Part shown: one piece after another, positions 1 to 14,240 of the stretch
Layout: each line of letters begins with the position of its first letter
Numbering within the stretch: position 1 is the first letter of the stretch
Assembly: GCF_963676685.1 (NCBI RefSeq)
Contig: NC_092352.1
Coordinates: 83,514,001-83,578,000, forward strand
DNA: 64,000 nucleotides
Direction of reading: 5' to 3'
DNA from: Mytilus edulis
Lineage: Eukaryota
Program-made: the position numbers and the translations under genes
The notes under the pieces: model-generated
Told to the model about the DNA's origin: nothing
The model's database searches: none
Seen by the model: only the letters and a program-made list of their open reading frames with translations

Positions 1-3000
1 ATTATGTTTAAAAAAAATGCACCAGTCAGCTTTTAAAAAATATAAATAATATTTAAAAACACTGAAATTCAGTATCTTTTACCTGGCTGGAAAACCATGG
101 TAACAGTTTAGTCTATATAACTTATGTTTTTTTTTTAATAACATATACACACTCTGACTAATATTTACCTATGTAATTAATCAACTAACATGGAAAACAA
201 ATTTGGAGGTCATCATAGGTCAACAAAAGACAAAGGTCTATACAATAAGGGAAGCTGAATTAATCAGAAAAGTCTGAAGTTCTTGACATGCTTCAATATC
301 ATTTTTGTATATTTATGATATTTTTTATATTACTTTCTGACTGTAAAATGTTTGCATAGTTGCACAGTGCTGTATGATATGGCAAAATCTTTATAATGCA
401 TTTAAATGTCACTATGAATTCGAAATGACCTTAATGCATATATTTTGAATGAAAGTGTCAACATCAGCCCAATTCATAGTACTTTAAAGTAAAGTGTATA
501 AATTAAGTACTATCTATCAATATTTATATGGTATACTTATTCACACATATAAACTCTATTTATATGCATGAAATAAAATCCAACTATGTGCATCTGCTAT
601 TACAAATGTTCAATATACCAGAAAACTATAACCGATATCTACATGTGTTGCAGGAAAGACAACTCCAGAGTAATGAGAATATTAATATTAATAATCATTG
701 CCATCAGATATATGTGCATCATTTACTTCTGAATTATTCTTGCTCTATACACAATAACTCTGAAAACAAAGTTATATAAATTGAGCTGATCTTTTAATCT
801 TTTAAACAGTGTACTCCTCATGTCCTTATATGGTTCCATGAAGCTGCCTGAATCAGAATATATTTTATAAAAGTATGTTTTATAAATGTGGTGCTATAAT
901 TTAAGGGGGGGGGGGGGGAATTGCTGTTTGAAAGTGCTGAGTAGAACACTAAATCCACACTTGGATAAAAGATGATTCATTTTACTAAGTTAGCTTCAGG
1001 AGCCAAGTTCTTTTTTAGTTTAATAGCAATTTCCAGAAAACAATTGATTAAATATTACTAATTTATTATCAGAGATATCAATCTGAGGTATATGGTTAGT
1101 TTACAGATATTTTCCATACAAATGTATAGTCTTCAAAACACTGAAGATGTTGATTTGAAAAGGGGCTTCAGTCAATGCAATAAAATTTCAGGTGAAGATT
1201 AGATAAGTCAAAGTGAAATGCCAAAAAATTGAATCTCAAACCTAGAAAAATAGATTTAAAGGGTCACACAGTGACTTTGTGATTTTAAATGTCAGAGCGA
1301 AATTGATAAATGAAATAGTGTACTGTTAAATTCCACAAAATGCTTGAGAGGAAGGCTGGTGGAAAGAATATGATTGGGTAGAAATACTCTGTGCTGAAAA
1401 TTATCAGTTTCTAATTCTAGACCTGATAAATTGAAAAATAATCTACCAATCATTCTAGAAGGTAGAACTAGTTAAGGGAGATAACTCATAAATAGAACTA
1501 TCACTTTTTTGTGAAGAATATTCTAAGTAGGTACATAACATAGAGAATTCTAACTCTATGTTACATGAATGCTTATATAGCTTCAATAAAACTGCTGATT
1601 ACAAACATTTCACTGATTTATACAGTAATCGCCCTAAAGGTGGTACCAAACATTTTGACTAAAACCAATTTTGGCTCATTTAATTTTCATAAAATTATGA
1701 CAAAATATTTACTTTGACCCTTTAACAAAAATTTTGAAAAACTTGTAGCACATGCTTTGTAAAAATAAATCTTACTGGATATAAAGCAGTTTGACAAACA
1801 CTAATTTTGATCATTGAGAAGCTTAACATTTCCATAACAATTCTAATGTGATTAAAACGTTCAGCTGATTTGTAAAGAGTTATCTCCCTGTAGTGTTATG
1901 TACCCTCTTATAAAACTAGCTCTACTTTTTGATAAAATTAATTTTATTACCACTATATTTAAGACATATATTTAGAATACTATTAATACATTAACTAAAA
2001 TATATAGATAATTCCACACAAATTTCTGTATAATATTGCAAAGACCACCAATTTATAGGTAAACTTTATTTCAAATAATAAATTCTTTATTTTTGGAGCT
2101 ATTTGTAAAATTAAACTTTTTCTGTATTAAAAATTACTCAAGCAGACTTTCACTTACCTATATTTTTAAATTTGAGATCTGCTAAGTAATTTTTATTTTT
2201 ACTTTCAACTATCTCTAGTAAAATCAGGTAAATAGAATAACAAGAACATTTATGACAGTCTTTGCATTAACAAAAGAAAAAATCCTAAATAAGAAAATAA
2301 ATTCAGGAGTAATTCATGAAGGTTAAAGTGTGTGGGGTTCTCTCACCTTGTTAGCAGCTGACATCTGTACAAAATTCATTTTTTATTTAAAAATGTATAG
2401 ATATTCAAAACTAATTCAAAAGTACAGAGGGAAATGTTTTATCCTTTTTTTGTATCATCCCTCAAACGTAAATATAAGACAATTGCAATGGTGGTTTCGT
2501 ACAAATTGAATTAGGATAGTGAACAGTATATATGGTAGCCTATTTCTATTTAAAATTATAAAAATCTTAATCATATGTAAAAAAAACATGACAAGCAAAC
2601 ATCCTTAATGTGTATAAACAAATCAATGTGTCTTCAAACAGACAGCAACTGCCTGGCAGATCTTAAAATGGCTTACATGGTACACATCAAAATAAGAAGT
2701 TCCAGAACCAATATAAAATTATTTTGTTTTATACCAGGCAAGTGCATTGTACCACCAATCCAGTGAGTGAGGATAGAATTAAATGCATGCTTAATTTGAC
2801 TTATATTTTGACAATGTAAACGGGATTTACTTCTCATATTTAAAATAACAATTCTGTAGGATTACTTCACATGTTAAACATAACAATATGGAAAACTGAA
2901 CAGAACTATTTCACATGTTAAACATTTTAATTTGGGAAATTGGACAGAGCTGGTTCACATGTGTATACCAACTGTTTTTGAAACAAACAGAGATAATTCA

Positions 3001-3230
3001 GATGTTATAAACACTTATATTTTTCAGAAATAAAAACACTGATATTTTACATGTTGAACAAATCAATTAGGAAAATTTAAATGGAGTTACTTCACATGTA
3101 AAATTGATTAAATAGGCAGAGTTCACAAATATTCTTCACATCTTATATACAACAATTAAGCACAATTACAGGAATATAAAACACCAAAAATAACAAAGTA
3201 AGCTATTAACATACTAGTAAATTTCAATAC

Positions 3231-3312
3231 CTTTCCAATATCTGCTACTTTTTCTTTGTCCATTACTTTCTCTTCGTCCCTTTCATGATGCTGTTTTGTA
3301 ACCAACAACATT
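3231..3312 (-). CDS. PCYT2: PCYT2 exon 8 (start of interdomain linker); gene continues beyond window start
   Basis: (R)MLLVTKQHHERDEEKVMDKEKVADIGK, GTATTG donor. GRMLLVTK follows the STT motif in PCYT2. No second CT domain is found in the window. Confidence 0.9.
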
Positions 3313-3807
3313 CTAAATAGAATTTGAAATTGTTAAAAATAACCTAGAGGAAGTGTGTAGTATACATTAATTAGACAGAAAGCATACACAAACCCACCTA
3401 TGTCAAATTATGTAGATGTCAATTCATGGTTCGACTTATTTTACTATTTTTAAGCTCCAAAAAATCAAGAGTCTAAAACAATTGTCAATAATTATCTATA
3501 AAATAACTAGATAGTTAAATTTTCAAAGAAGATATTTCTTCAAGAATGTGCATAGCACATAAATTAATAGTCAGTCAAACATTCTTGTTTCAATATATTT
3601 CAAAAATTAAGAGAAAGCTTTAATTGCAGACAATTTTTTTGAAGTTTTTAAAAATTATTTTGTAAAACGACACGTTTTACCTTTACCCTATTCAATTTTT
3701 TTTTCATTTTTTCTTTTTTTTTTTCATTTCAATTTTTTGCCTTTCCCATTTTTATATGTTCTAACAAATAGCATTGTAAGAAAACTTAAGAAATACAATT
3801 TGTATAC

Positions 3808-3855
3808 CTTCCTACTAAATCAGTTGTTGATACTCCAGCTGTTCTTTTACATTCT
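3808..3855 (-). CDS. PCYT2: PCYT2 exon 7 (RTxGVSTT motif)
   Basis: ECKRTAGVSTTDLVG(R), the cytidylyltransferase signature, with AG/GT boundaries. Confidence 0.94.
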
Positions 3856-4616
3856 CTGAAGAAGAAAAAAGATACACAATAAGTTTATATCTTTTCTTAA
3901 TAAAAAGTAAATTTTACGGGTGTATACTATTTGTAAAATAATAAAGCTTTTATATGCTAAATGCAACAATGGTAATTGCAATATAGAGTTGTTCCCCTTT
4001 TGTTCTGTTTTCATAATTATCTACAACAATTGATTTTTAAAAGGAATTTGACGAAGCCAATTCATTGATGTATACCTAAAATATATAAAATCTACGGTGA
4101 AGATAGCTTACTTTAGAATGTGAAACAAGTTACAGACAGAAATTACAAATTGTTGACCTTCATATGCTGTGGCTAAATAATCCTTCTTTGAATCTGAAAA
4201 TAATCTATCGACACAAATATCTGTCTTGCTTATAGCATAATGCAAATGCTGAAATGATAATGGATTTGATTTGAGTTTTTTTTTCGGCGATTTAACAAAC
4301 ACCACTTTTAAGCACCATTTTTGGGCTATTTCGTGACAACCAGTTTTATTATTTTTATTTTCATGAAAACTATGCAAGACATTCAGGGTTATTTAGATGT
4401 AGTGAGAGATATTACTTTCTTATTTTACCAAATATATAAAGAAAACTTACGTGCTGAGCAAAATGTGACAAAGATTTCAAAGATGAAAGTTTTTGGGAAA
4501 GAGAAGGCGGATCATCACAAGAAAGTGTTTGGTGCATCAATCAAGAAACTATGTCATGTAGTTACTGACTGAGTTAAATGTGGCTGGAGAGGGAGTAAGG
4601 AAAATAAGTATCTTAC

Positions 4617-4683
4617 TTGTATTTTCCATTAGCTTTGACAAGGTAGTATGTATCTGTACCATCAGCAGTTGTTGTGATATCAT
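4617..4683 (-). CDS. PCYT2: PCYT2 exon 6
   Basis: (D)DITTTADGTDTYYLVKANGKY(K), TTTTTTCAG acceptor, GTAAGA donor. Confidence 0.92.
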
Positions 4684-5199
4684 CTGAAAAAATGAAAGAA
4701 ACATTCAAATATGAATATTGAATTATAAGTTAGGACTTTTGTATTATTTAAGGAATGACTGTAATATTTTTTCTGTCTATGAAGAAATAACATAAAAAAT
4801 GTGGTGCACACTGAATAACCTGTGTAGCATTTATTGTAAAAATAGATAATTTGTAGTAATATAAAAATACAGAAATCAGTAACATCATCCTCAGCATGTT
4901 GAAGTCAGTAAAGAAAAAATAACCTTTTTCTTAACAACAGGTCCAATAGTTGTTGTCCCTTTATTTATTTGTATTTTTTTAGTATATTTCTATTTGCTCT
5001 TATATTTGTTTTTTTATATAGATTTCCTATCAATTTATTATAATATATTACGATGTGTGTTCCTAGCTTACATATTTATTAATTTTATATCTTGAGTGTG
5101 GGCAGATCTACTTATAAATAGCATCTGTTCATTAATCAATTTTGAAACAATTAAATGATCATTGATTCATTATTCTGCAAGATTATTTTTTTTACAAAA

Positions 5200-7580
5200 A
5201 ATGATTGATTTAAACTTATAATTTTCAGTTGTTGATATAAAAATAAGGAAATTTGCCAGCAGTGACCATTGGGTTGTGGATGTAAACGTACATCCTTGAA
5301 AATAAGAACCAGATGCTCCGCTGGGCGTAGCTTTATACGACCGCAGAGGTTGAACCCTGACACTTGGGGCAAGTATGGACACAACATTCAAGCTGGATTC
5401 AGCTCTAAATTTGGATTGTGATTAAATAGTTGACACAGCATAGGTTTCTGACACAGAATGAATGTGTTCTAATGAACTTAAAATTTTTGTTTTCTCTTAG
5501 AGCAATTCACTATGCTGTTGAATATTAATCCTCTCAAAACAAGAATGTGTCCTCAGTACACGAACGCCCCACTCACACTATCATTTTCCATGTTCAGTGG
5601 ACCGTGAAATTGGGGTAAAAACTCTAATTTGGCATTAAAATTAGAAAGATCATATCATAGGGGACATGTGTACTAAGTTTGAAGTAGATTGGACTTAAAC
5701 TTCATCAAAAACTACCTTGACCAAAAAATTTAACCTGAAGCGGGACAGACGGACGGACGAACGGACAGAGGGACGGACAGACGCACAGACCAGAAAACAT
5801 AATGCCTCTCTACTATCGTAGGTGGGGCATAAAAATGTTTGAAGAAATTTTCTTTTTTATTTATGAAATTTCAAATGAGAAAAATTGAACCCAATTTTTT
5901 TAATCACATCCCCCTTTCCCTTATTCCAAAACTAATCTCAATTAAAATTTCTAATGGAGTTTGCAACAATAACTACTCATTTAAATACATCTTAAAATAT
6001 TAAGATGTAAAAAAAACTGCTTGTTATCACTGAATGTTATTTATTATAATTTATCAGTTGGTAGTAAAAAGTGAATATACATTGTATATTGTATATAACA
6101 AAGATTTAAGTTGATTCTGGACAAAGAAAGATAACTCCAATTAAAAAAAAATTGCTATTGCACAATATTTTGCAATTAGATATTTCTTGCTTACTATTCT
6201 GGACAAAGAAAGATAACTCTAATTAAAAAAAAATTTGCTATTTCACAATATTGTGCAATTAGATATTTCTTGCCATTGCGCAATACTGTGCAATTGAAAA
6301 GACTTGCTATTGCACAATACTTAATATAATAATTTTAGATCCTGATTTGGACCAACTTGAAAACTGGGCCCATAATAAAAAAATCTAAGTACATTTTTGG
6401 ATTCAGCATATCAAAGAACCCCAAGATTTCAATTTTTGTTGAAATCAGACTAAGTTTAATTTTGGACCCTTTGGACTTTAGTGTAGACCAATTTGAAAAC
6501 AGGACCAAAAATGAAGAATCTACATACACAGTTAGATTTGGTATATCAAAGAACCCCATTTATTCAATTTTTGATGAAACAAACAAAGTTTAATTTTGGA
6601 CCCCGATTTGGACCAACTTGAAAACTGGGCCAATAATCAAGAATCTAAGTACATTTTTAGATTCAGCATATCAAAGAACCTAACTGATTCATTTTTTGTC
6701 AAAATCAAACTAAGTTTAATTTTGGACCCTTTGGACCTTAATGTAGACCAATTTGAAAACGGGACCAAAAGTTAAGAATCTACATACACAGTCATGACAG
6801 TTAGATTCGGCATATCAAAGAACCCCAATTATTCAATTTTGATGAAATCAAACAAAGTTTAATTTTGGACCCTTTGGGCCCCTTATTCTGTTGGGACCAA
6901 AACTCCCAAAATCAATACCAACCTTCCTTTTATGGTCATAAACCTTGTGTTTAAATTTCATAGATTTCTATTTACTTATACTAACGTTATGGTGCGAAAA
7001 CCAAGAAAAATGCTTATTTGGGTCCTTTTTTGGCCCCTAATTCCTAAACTGTTGGGACCTAAACTCCCAAAATCAATACCAACCTTCCTTTTGTAGTCAT
7101 TAACATTGTGTTTAAATTTCATTGATTTCTATTTACTTAAACTAAAGTTATTGTGCGAAAACCAAGAATAATGCTTATTTGGGCCCTTTTTTGGCCCCTA
7201 ATTCCTAAACTGTTGAAACCTAAACTCCCAAAATCAATCCCAACCGTTCTTTTGTGGTCATAAACCTTGTGTCAAAATTTCATAGATTTCTATTAACTTA
7301 AACTAAAGTTATAGTGCGAAAACCAAGAAAATGCTTATTTGGGCCCTTTTTGGCCCCTAATTCCTAAAATGTTGGGACCAAAACTCCCAAAATCAATACC
7401 AACCTTCCTTTTGTGGTCATAAACCTTGTGTTAAAATTTCATAGATTTCCATTCACTTTTACTAAAGTTAGAGTGCGAAAACTAAAAGTATTCGGACGCC
7501 CGACGACGACGACGACGCTGACGCCAACGTGATAGCAATATACGACGAAAAATTTTTCAAATTTTGCGGTCGTATAAAAA
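5200..7580. mobile_element. Non-autonomous Helentron/HINE (pearl-like) repeat with internal tandem arrays, in PCYT2 intron 5
   Basis: TATACGACCGCA at ~5334 and its inverse TGCGGTCGTATA at ~7565; (GAC)n microsatellite at ~7502; two 261-bp units (6344, 6605); four ~160-bp units (6891, 7052, 7213, 7372). The left boundary is approximate. Confidence 0.6.
5537..5833 (+). repeat. Short HINE/pearl-like repeat, nested copy; second copy at ~7688-7970
   Basis: Two similar copies, each starting AAACAAGAATGTGTCC, with (GGAC/GAAC)n microsatellite and a GGG(GC/AT)ATAAAAA end. Confidence 0.65.
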
Positions 7581-7982
7581 CTGAATAATTAGCTATAAAA
7601 AGGGGAATATGCTTCATTATACATAAACAAATTATATAAATGTTGGTACAGTATATGATATAGAAAATTTAATATAAAAAGTAAATGAAACAAGAATGTG
7701 TCCATAGTACATGGATGCCCCACTCGCATTATCATTTTCTATGTTCAGTGGACCGTGAAATTTGGGTCAAAACTCTAATTTGGCATTAAAATTAGAAAGA
7801 TCAAATCAAGGTGAACATGTGTACTAAATTTCAAGTTGATTGGACTTCAACTTCATCAAAAACTACCTTGACCAAAAACTTTAAGATGAAGCGGGACAGA
7901 CGAACAAACAGAACAACGAACAAACAGACGCTCAGACCAGAAAACATAATGCCCATAAATGGGATATAAAAAAAATCTTTCA

Positions 7983-8237
<255 letters not shown>

Positions 8238-8685
8238 TCAGAGTAGTGTATTATATATAAAAGGAACGTGTGTTGCTGTGTAACATATTGTATTTCATTC
8301 ATTAATTTGTACATAAATTAGGCCGTTAGTTTTCTGGGATAAATTGTTTTACATTGTCATTTCAGAGCCTTTTATAGCTGACTATGCGGTATGGGCTTTG
8401 ATAATTATTGAAGGTCGTACAGTGACCTTGATTGTTAATTTTTGTGCTGTTTGGTCTCTTGTGGACAGTTGTTTCATTGGCAATTATCATACGGATTATT
8501 TAGGTGGGGTTTGCATTGTTCAGTATTCAGTTTTTTAGACTGGTATTTACCTATATCAGAGATCTGGATAAAGCATAAGCTAATTAGGTCAAATTAGGTA
8601 AATTCGGTATATCTGATTTTCATTGATCGTCTAACATATTTTGTCTAAATATTTAATAAACCTAGTACAATAATGTAAGGGATTA

Positions 8686-8778
<93 letters not shown>

Positions 8779-9016
8779 TTAAATAAATAATAAATATATA
8801 TTGCAATTAAAATCATTTTTTACCAGGTAACACAAACTTTAACCAGTATTTCTTGAAAGAGGTCAATTGTACTATAAATTTAGAAATTTTCAGATGTTTT
8901 TATCATCAACGGTATTTCATTTAAGATTGAAAATATACAAAATTACAATGAATTGATGTCCACAATAGCCAGTCTATTGAGATACTCTCTAAGCATATGA
9001 GTTTACATGTACATAC

Positions 9017-9062
9017 CATCAGAATGTACTCCAACAATCAAATAATCACCCATTTCTTTGGC
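9017..9062 (-). CDS. PCYT2: PCYT2 exon 3
   Basis: AKEMGDYLIVGVHSD, AG/GT boundaries, phase consistent. Confidence 0.93.
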
Positions 9063-9431
9063 CTGTTATGACAGAAACAAAAAATCATTTATTGCATGAT
9101 AAAAAAATTGTCATAATAAAGCAAATTATGCCATCTCTTTCAAAAATTTTCATGTTTTCATATTTAACATGGAATATTCTATTTTAAATTTATGAGTTTG
9201 ACTGTCCCTCTGGTATTTTTCGTCCCTCTTTTAAAACTCATTTGTATTTTTTTCTGTTTAACATTGTTAAAATCTAGTCATAAAACAAAATACAAAATAG
9301 TATTATGACAGTCTAAAACATCCCGACTTAACATGTTCAATGTATCAATAGTCTAAAATCCGCATAGCAATGACTGCAAGCACTAAAAATTAATATCAGT
9401 TGGATTTATAGTCAAGACACTTATATTCTTA

Positions 9432-9494
9432 GGCCTAAAAAAAAAAATGTTGTGTTTCCGATCACCCCCTTGAAATTTTGAAGGGACGGTAGGT

Positions 9495-9534
<40 letters not shown>

Positions 9535-10599
9535 ATTATGCTTCATTGCTGTCTCGGTTTTTTTTAAAGGCATGGACACTAGTTTGGGATTTAATAGAAA
9601 GAGATTGATTACCCACTTTAAAAATCTCCCCCGAGATAACTTTTAGTTTACCCCTTTTAAAATCCCCCTGAAATAACTTTTAGTTTACCCCCTTTTAAAA
9701 TACCCCTGAAAAAAAACTAAGTCCAAACCTAAAAAAAATTCCATATTAGTTGAAGGTTTTGAAGCTGTCAATCATTTTATTTATACATGTATTACAAATT
9801 TTATATACCGTGTGTTTTACTCATTAACATATTTAAACAAACTCATCCTTTTGGATTCGTTTGTTTAAATATGTTAACTCGTAAAAACCATGGTATATAT
9901 AGTACATATACACTGTACCTAGCTGGCAGGACACTTTCTTTTGGCAAAGCATCTGTGGCTTTTCATCAGAATATCTAAAGCGTTGATTGGCTGACCAGTT
10001 TCAGATGGATTAATATCATGATCATTTTGAAGAAGGGTCTGGCATGAAAATTTGATAAATTTAATTCCAAAAGATTGCATTGTTCCAACAGTTGTGTTAT
10101 TGTCATCAATCCCCAGTCATTTTTGCCGGTGGCCGAGCACAAAATTTGTGTTGTGTATTTTTTTCATCGATGTTAGACATTGGATGAATGTCATTGCTAA
10201 TGTCAAAAAAGGTGTTACTTCCTGTAAAATTTAGAAATATTTTTTTCTCCGCGAAATGGCCACACTTTCCGCGTTGAACATTGAATAGGACGCGTTGTGT
10301 TGCCATGTTCAAACACTGACAAACGAAAATAACTACTGCGCATGCTCCCGCATATATAATTAGCCAAGAAGATTCCACTTTCCAGTACATTCTAAAAATA
10401 AGCCTCAAGTTTAAAATTAGCGTTTCTTTTGGGGCGATAAAAAGATCGAGGGACTTAGAATTTTTTATTTTATTTCAGAAAAAACGGTCGGTAGGTATAC
10501 AAATTATTTTTTTCCCACATCAGCTTTAAAAACTTTTGAGTCGGGGGTCTGAAGGACGGTCGGTCGGGTGACCGGAAACACAACATTTTTTTTTAGGCC
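9432..10599. mobile_element. PIF/Harbinger-type MITE
   Basis: TIR GGCCTAAAA..ATGTTGTGTTTCCG / CGGAAACACAACAT..TTTTAGGCC, flanked by a TTA TSD on both sides. Confidence 0.8.
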
Positions 10600-11671
10600 T
10601 TAGGGGCCTTATTCAATACATTGTACATGTATATTTCAAGAGTTCAAGATGTAATGTTACAAATAATTATGAAAGGACAATGCTCCATAGTTTAACTATC
10701 TAGTATTTGCTCAACTTGTCACAACTGATAATTTTGTTTGAATTAAAACAAATCTAAACAAGGAATTGTCATAATCTGAATGATAAAATAAATTTTACTG
10801 CATGATAAGATAATGTTAAAGTACATACATGCAAGTCCAGAAAAAAAAATGTGGTTGTTTAGTGTTACTGAATACTCCAGTTACAAATATAAATGTATCT
10901 TTTAACCCCGTCACATTTTTTGCACCTGTCCCAAGTCAGGAGCCTCTGGCCTTTGTTAGTCTTGTATGATTTTTAATTTTAGTTTCTTGTGTATAATTTG
11001 AAGTTTAGTTTGACACTTGTCACTGAACAAGTATATATATTTGTTTAGGGGCCAGCTGAAGGAGGTCTCCAGGTGCGAGAGTTTCTCCCTGCATTGAAGA
11101 CCTATTGGTGACCTTCTGCTGTTGTCTGTTCTATGGTGGGGTTGTTGTCTCTTTGACACATTCCCCATTTCCATTTTCAATTTGATTATTCATAGAAACG
11201 TAATACATTGTAATACATTGTATTATACATGTTATATGTATACATGTTTAAATATTTACATGCCTACATATCTGGATTTTTCGTAAAATAACTAATATCA
11301 GCTGTAAGCCAGAGTGTGTGGATGGAATGAGCTAAAAATTAAATATTGTTTATCTATACATTGAAAGTAAGATAATCTGTAATTTTTGCTCCAAAAAAAG
11401 TAAATTGGATGAAATTTCCTCACACACTGTGACCATGGTGACCTTGCTCATGACTTCTCTGGATCTGTAACATTGTCACAATAAGTTGTGTTCACAATTC
11501 TACACCATCATACATGATCAGGATGATATAGGCCAAGTGAATGACAACAATATATTTTGTTAAAACCTTGACTTCAATGCTATTAAATCTTTACTATCTT
11601 TTCCATTTCAACTCAATTAAAAGATCTGAGGCACTTAAATCACAGACATTTTTAAATTAACACTACAATAC

Positions 11672-11714
11672 CTGTCGAATTGCATTTGCATGTCCAAAAT
11701 GTGCCATGTCAAAA
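11672..11714 (-). CDS. PCYT2: PCYT2 exon 2 (HxGH motif)
   Basis: Poly-T/CAG acceptor, (C)FDMAHFGHANAIRQ, GTATTG donor. Phase matches exon 1. Confidence 0.93.
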
Positions 11715-11958
11715 CTGAAAAAAAAGAAGACAAATTTGATAATTTGTCAATTAATGAATGATCAGATCAGCCTCAGGTAGGAAATATCATTAAATATTTT
11801 TTGGTCATTTTTTTACAAAAAGTATAAAATAAGAAAATGCAGTTGAATTTGTCTATTTTCTAAGAGTTTAAGTATTGTCTGTCATTGCTTTGGTCTGTTG
11901 TACTGAACATTGTTAGGTACATGTAATTCCTGTTATCAATGGTATTATTTTCTATTTA

Positions 11959-13415
11959 GGCCACACCAATTTGATTCCTTGTTCGACGGACCCGCCTTGG
12001 CCCTATTTTTTTTCAAAACAGAATTTTTTTATTTTTTTTTATATTCCCCGCTTCCCGCATCCGGAAATGTAATCATGTCCATTTCCCGCACCGTTTGTTT
12101 TGTAAATATTATAAAAAGATATCAACATTTGTTTTTAAAATCACAGTCTAACCTGTATATAACGATTTTAAACATAAAAGCACCCCACCACACTTTGTAA
12201 ATATCTGTGAGAATATTTGTTTCAGCATGAAACCTATTTATCCAAAGTGGGAGAGCTCCAATATAAATTTATAACAGCGGAAATACCTGTAAAGAACAAA
12301 AAATTGGTTACTTTCCCCCTTACTTATATTCCCTATCAAAAAATGTTCGTTGTTAGAATAAAGTACAAAGAACTTCTGAAGGATTTGCCTTCAACTGCAA
12401 TTATATTGTATGCTGGCGAAACAAAACTATCCATAGCCGCTGCATGTTTATGCACCTGTCCTGATTGATTGAGGGGCCTGTCGTTCAGCAGTTATCGTTT
12501 GTTGATGTTGTTCATTGGTATTTTCCCGTTTGGATATACATGATATATAAATTAGATCGTTGGTTTTCATGTTCGAATTGTGTACGCTAATAATTTTGGG
12601 ATCCTTTATAGCCTGCTGTTTGGTCTGTATCAAAGCCATGTGTAAAGGGCCGTACTTTGACCTATGTTTGTTATTATCAGGTTGAGAACAACCCTCCCTC
12701 AGACAAGGGGTCATTTTACTGATGTAGAAAAGAAAATAGAAATACCAAGGATTTGTATAGTTCTTCTATACAAAACCTTTGAAAACTTAGAATTTTGTAC
12801 TCAAAAAGAGAAGAGTTACATCATATTTTAAACAACTTTTTCTAAAAGAGGGATCCACTTATTTTGAATAATATTAAACTGTTAAAGTAAATGTGTTAAC
12901 ATGGTTAAAGTCCAGGAATATTACAAAATTCTTGGACATGTTTTGACCATTTAATACCAGATAGATATATAGTTCTTTGAGAAAATATGAGCCCTTTTGT
13001 ACAAACAAATATATTATAACTTATATTGATCCCTCATAAAACATGTAAAAGGGATATTTATAACATTAAGGGGTTGTCCCCAAACTGATTATGACTTGGA
13101 TGGAGAATTGTCTAATTGTCAGTCACACATACATAGACCAGATTTAATTATTTCTTGGTGAACAGGGAAAAAATACTTCAGAAATTAAAGAAATGTCCAA
13201 GTACAAGTGATAAATCAAGCTTTAATAATATTGTCAAAACCTACTATTTTATGTTTACAAAAAAAAATTACAATCGCTCGCCTTTACTTTTCAAGCTTCG
13301 CCTAAAAAAATTTCAAATTTATAAATATTTTTTTATCAAAATTTTCAAATCGCTCGCTCGCTCCAAATTTTGGAGTCCAAAAATCCGTAGAACAAGAAAT
13401 TAAATTGGTGTGGCC
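11959..13415. mobile_element. PIF/Harbinger-type MITE (contains a SINE fragment at ~12450-12670)
   Basis: TIR GGCCACACCAATTT..CTTGTTC / GAACAAG..AAATTGGTGTGGCC, TTA TSD. Confidence 0.8.
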
Positions 13416-13960
13416 TTAATGTTAATGTACATGTACACTAGAACAATGTATTTAAATCTCTTTGTTTTTTGAAGATCCCACCAGAGCTGCAAAGGTACAG
13501 GGAAATCAATTTAAATACACTAATAACTTATAAACACCATGTAAGTGTGAAGACACAGGACAGTCTCAGTCTGTTATTAGTCCACAGAGGTATTGTAAAC
13601 GTATCTGCATTCTACAGATTGGTTTACAAATAGACATCTAGGCCCTTAAGTACATATTCTGTTAAAACGCCAATCAAGGAACCAAGGATTTGTATAGTAA
13701 GACTTACTATACAAATCCTTGAAGGAACCAAAGATGTGTTTGGCCTTTGAGGAGGATGAAGATCACTGAAATTTCCAGTGAACAAACAAAGAACCTTCAG
13801 CACTGAAGCCATCAGTCTCTAATTGGTAACATTTTGTAGCATTAGTAAGATTGTATGGTAATGACAAAGTAGCGTTTGAAAAATTATAAAAAGTACATGC
13901 AAGCAAAAAACAAACAGTAGTCAGTACTCCCAAACGTAACTTATCGTGAAATTAATTTAC

Positions 13961-14043
13961 CATCCATCAACCCAAACTCGAACTTGTTTTTTCTTTTTTC
14001 TACCTGCATCTCCCGCTTCACTTTGAGTTCGTTTTGATGACAT
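13961..14043 (-). CDS. PCYT2: Ethanolamine-phosphate cytidylyltransferase, coding exon 1
   Basis: Reads MSSKRTQSEAGDAGRKKKKQVRVWVDG + TG, then a GTAAAT donor. VRVWxDGC is the start of the first cytidylyltransferase domain. Confidence 0.92.
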
Positions 14044-14209
14044 TTCAAACTGAATATGATTATGAACGTGGAATTTGGTTGCGAAGTCTAAACAAGCATG
14101 GACTGGAAAGTGTATGTCCGAGAGCAAAGGAAAAACATTGACTGGAAACCAGTATATTTTTAATCTGTAAATCGGTTAAGGAGATGATAGGTTCCGGTTT
14201 TGAAGCATG

Positions 14210-14240
14210 CAAATCAAATCAAATCAAATCAAATCAAATA
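14210..14240. repeat. (CAAAT)6 microsatellite about 170 bp upstream of the PCYT2 ATG, possibly the 3' tail of a minus-strand LINE fragment
   Basis: Direct observation. An adjacent minus-strand AATAAA followed by (ATTTG)n resembles a CR1/L2 3' end. Confidence 0.7.

Noticed and set aside
2158-2181. Possible extra PCYT2 exon with a strong GTAAGT donor
   Set aside because: In phase 0 it ends in a TAG stop and has no homology support. A similar candidate at ~815-847 also contains a stop.
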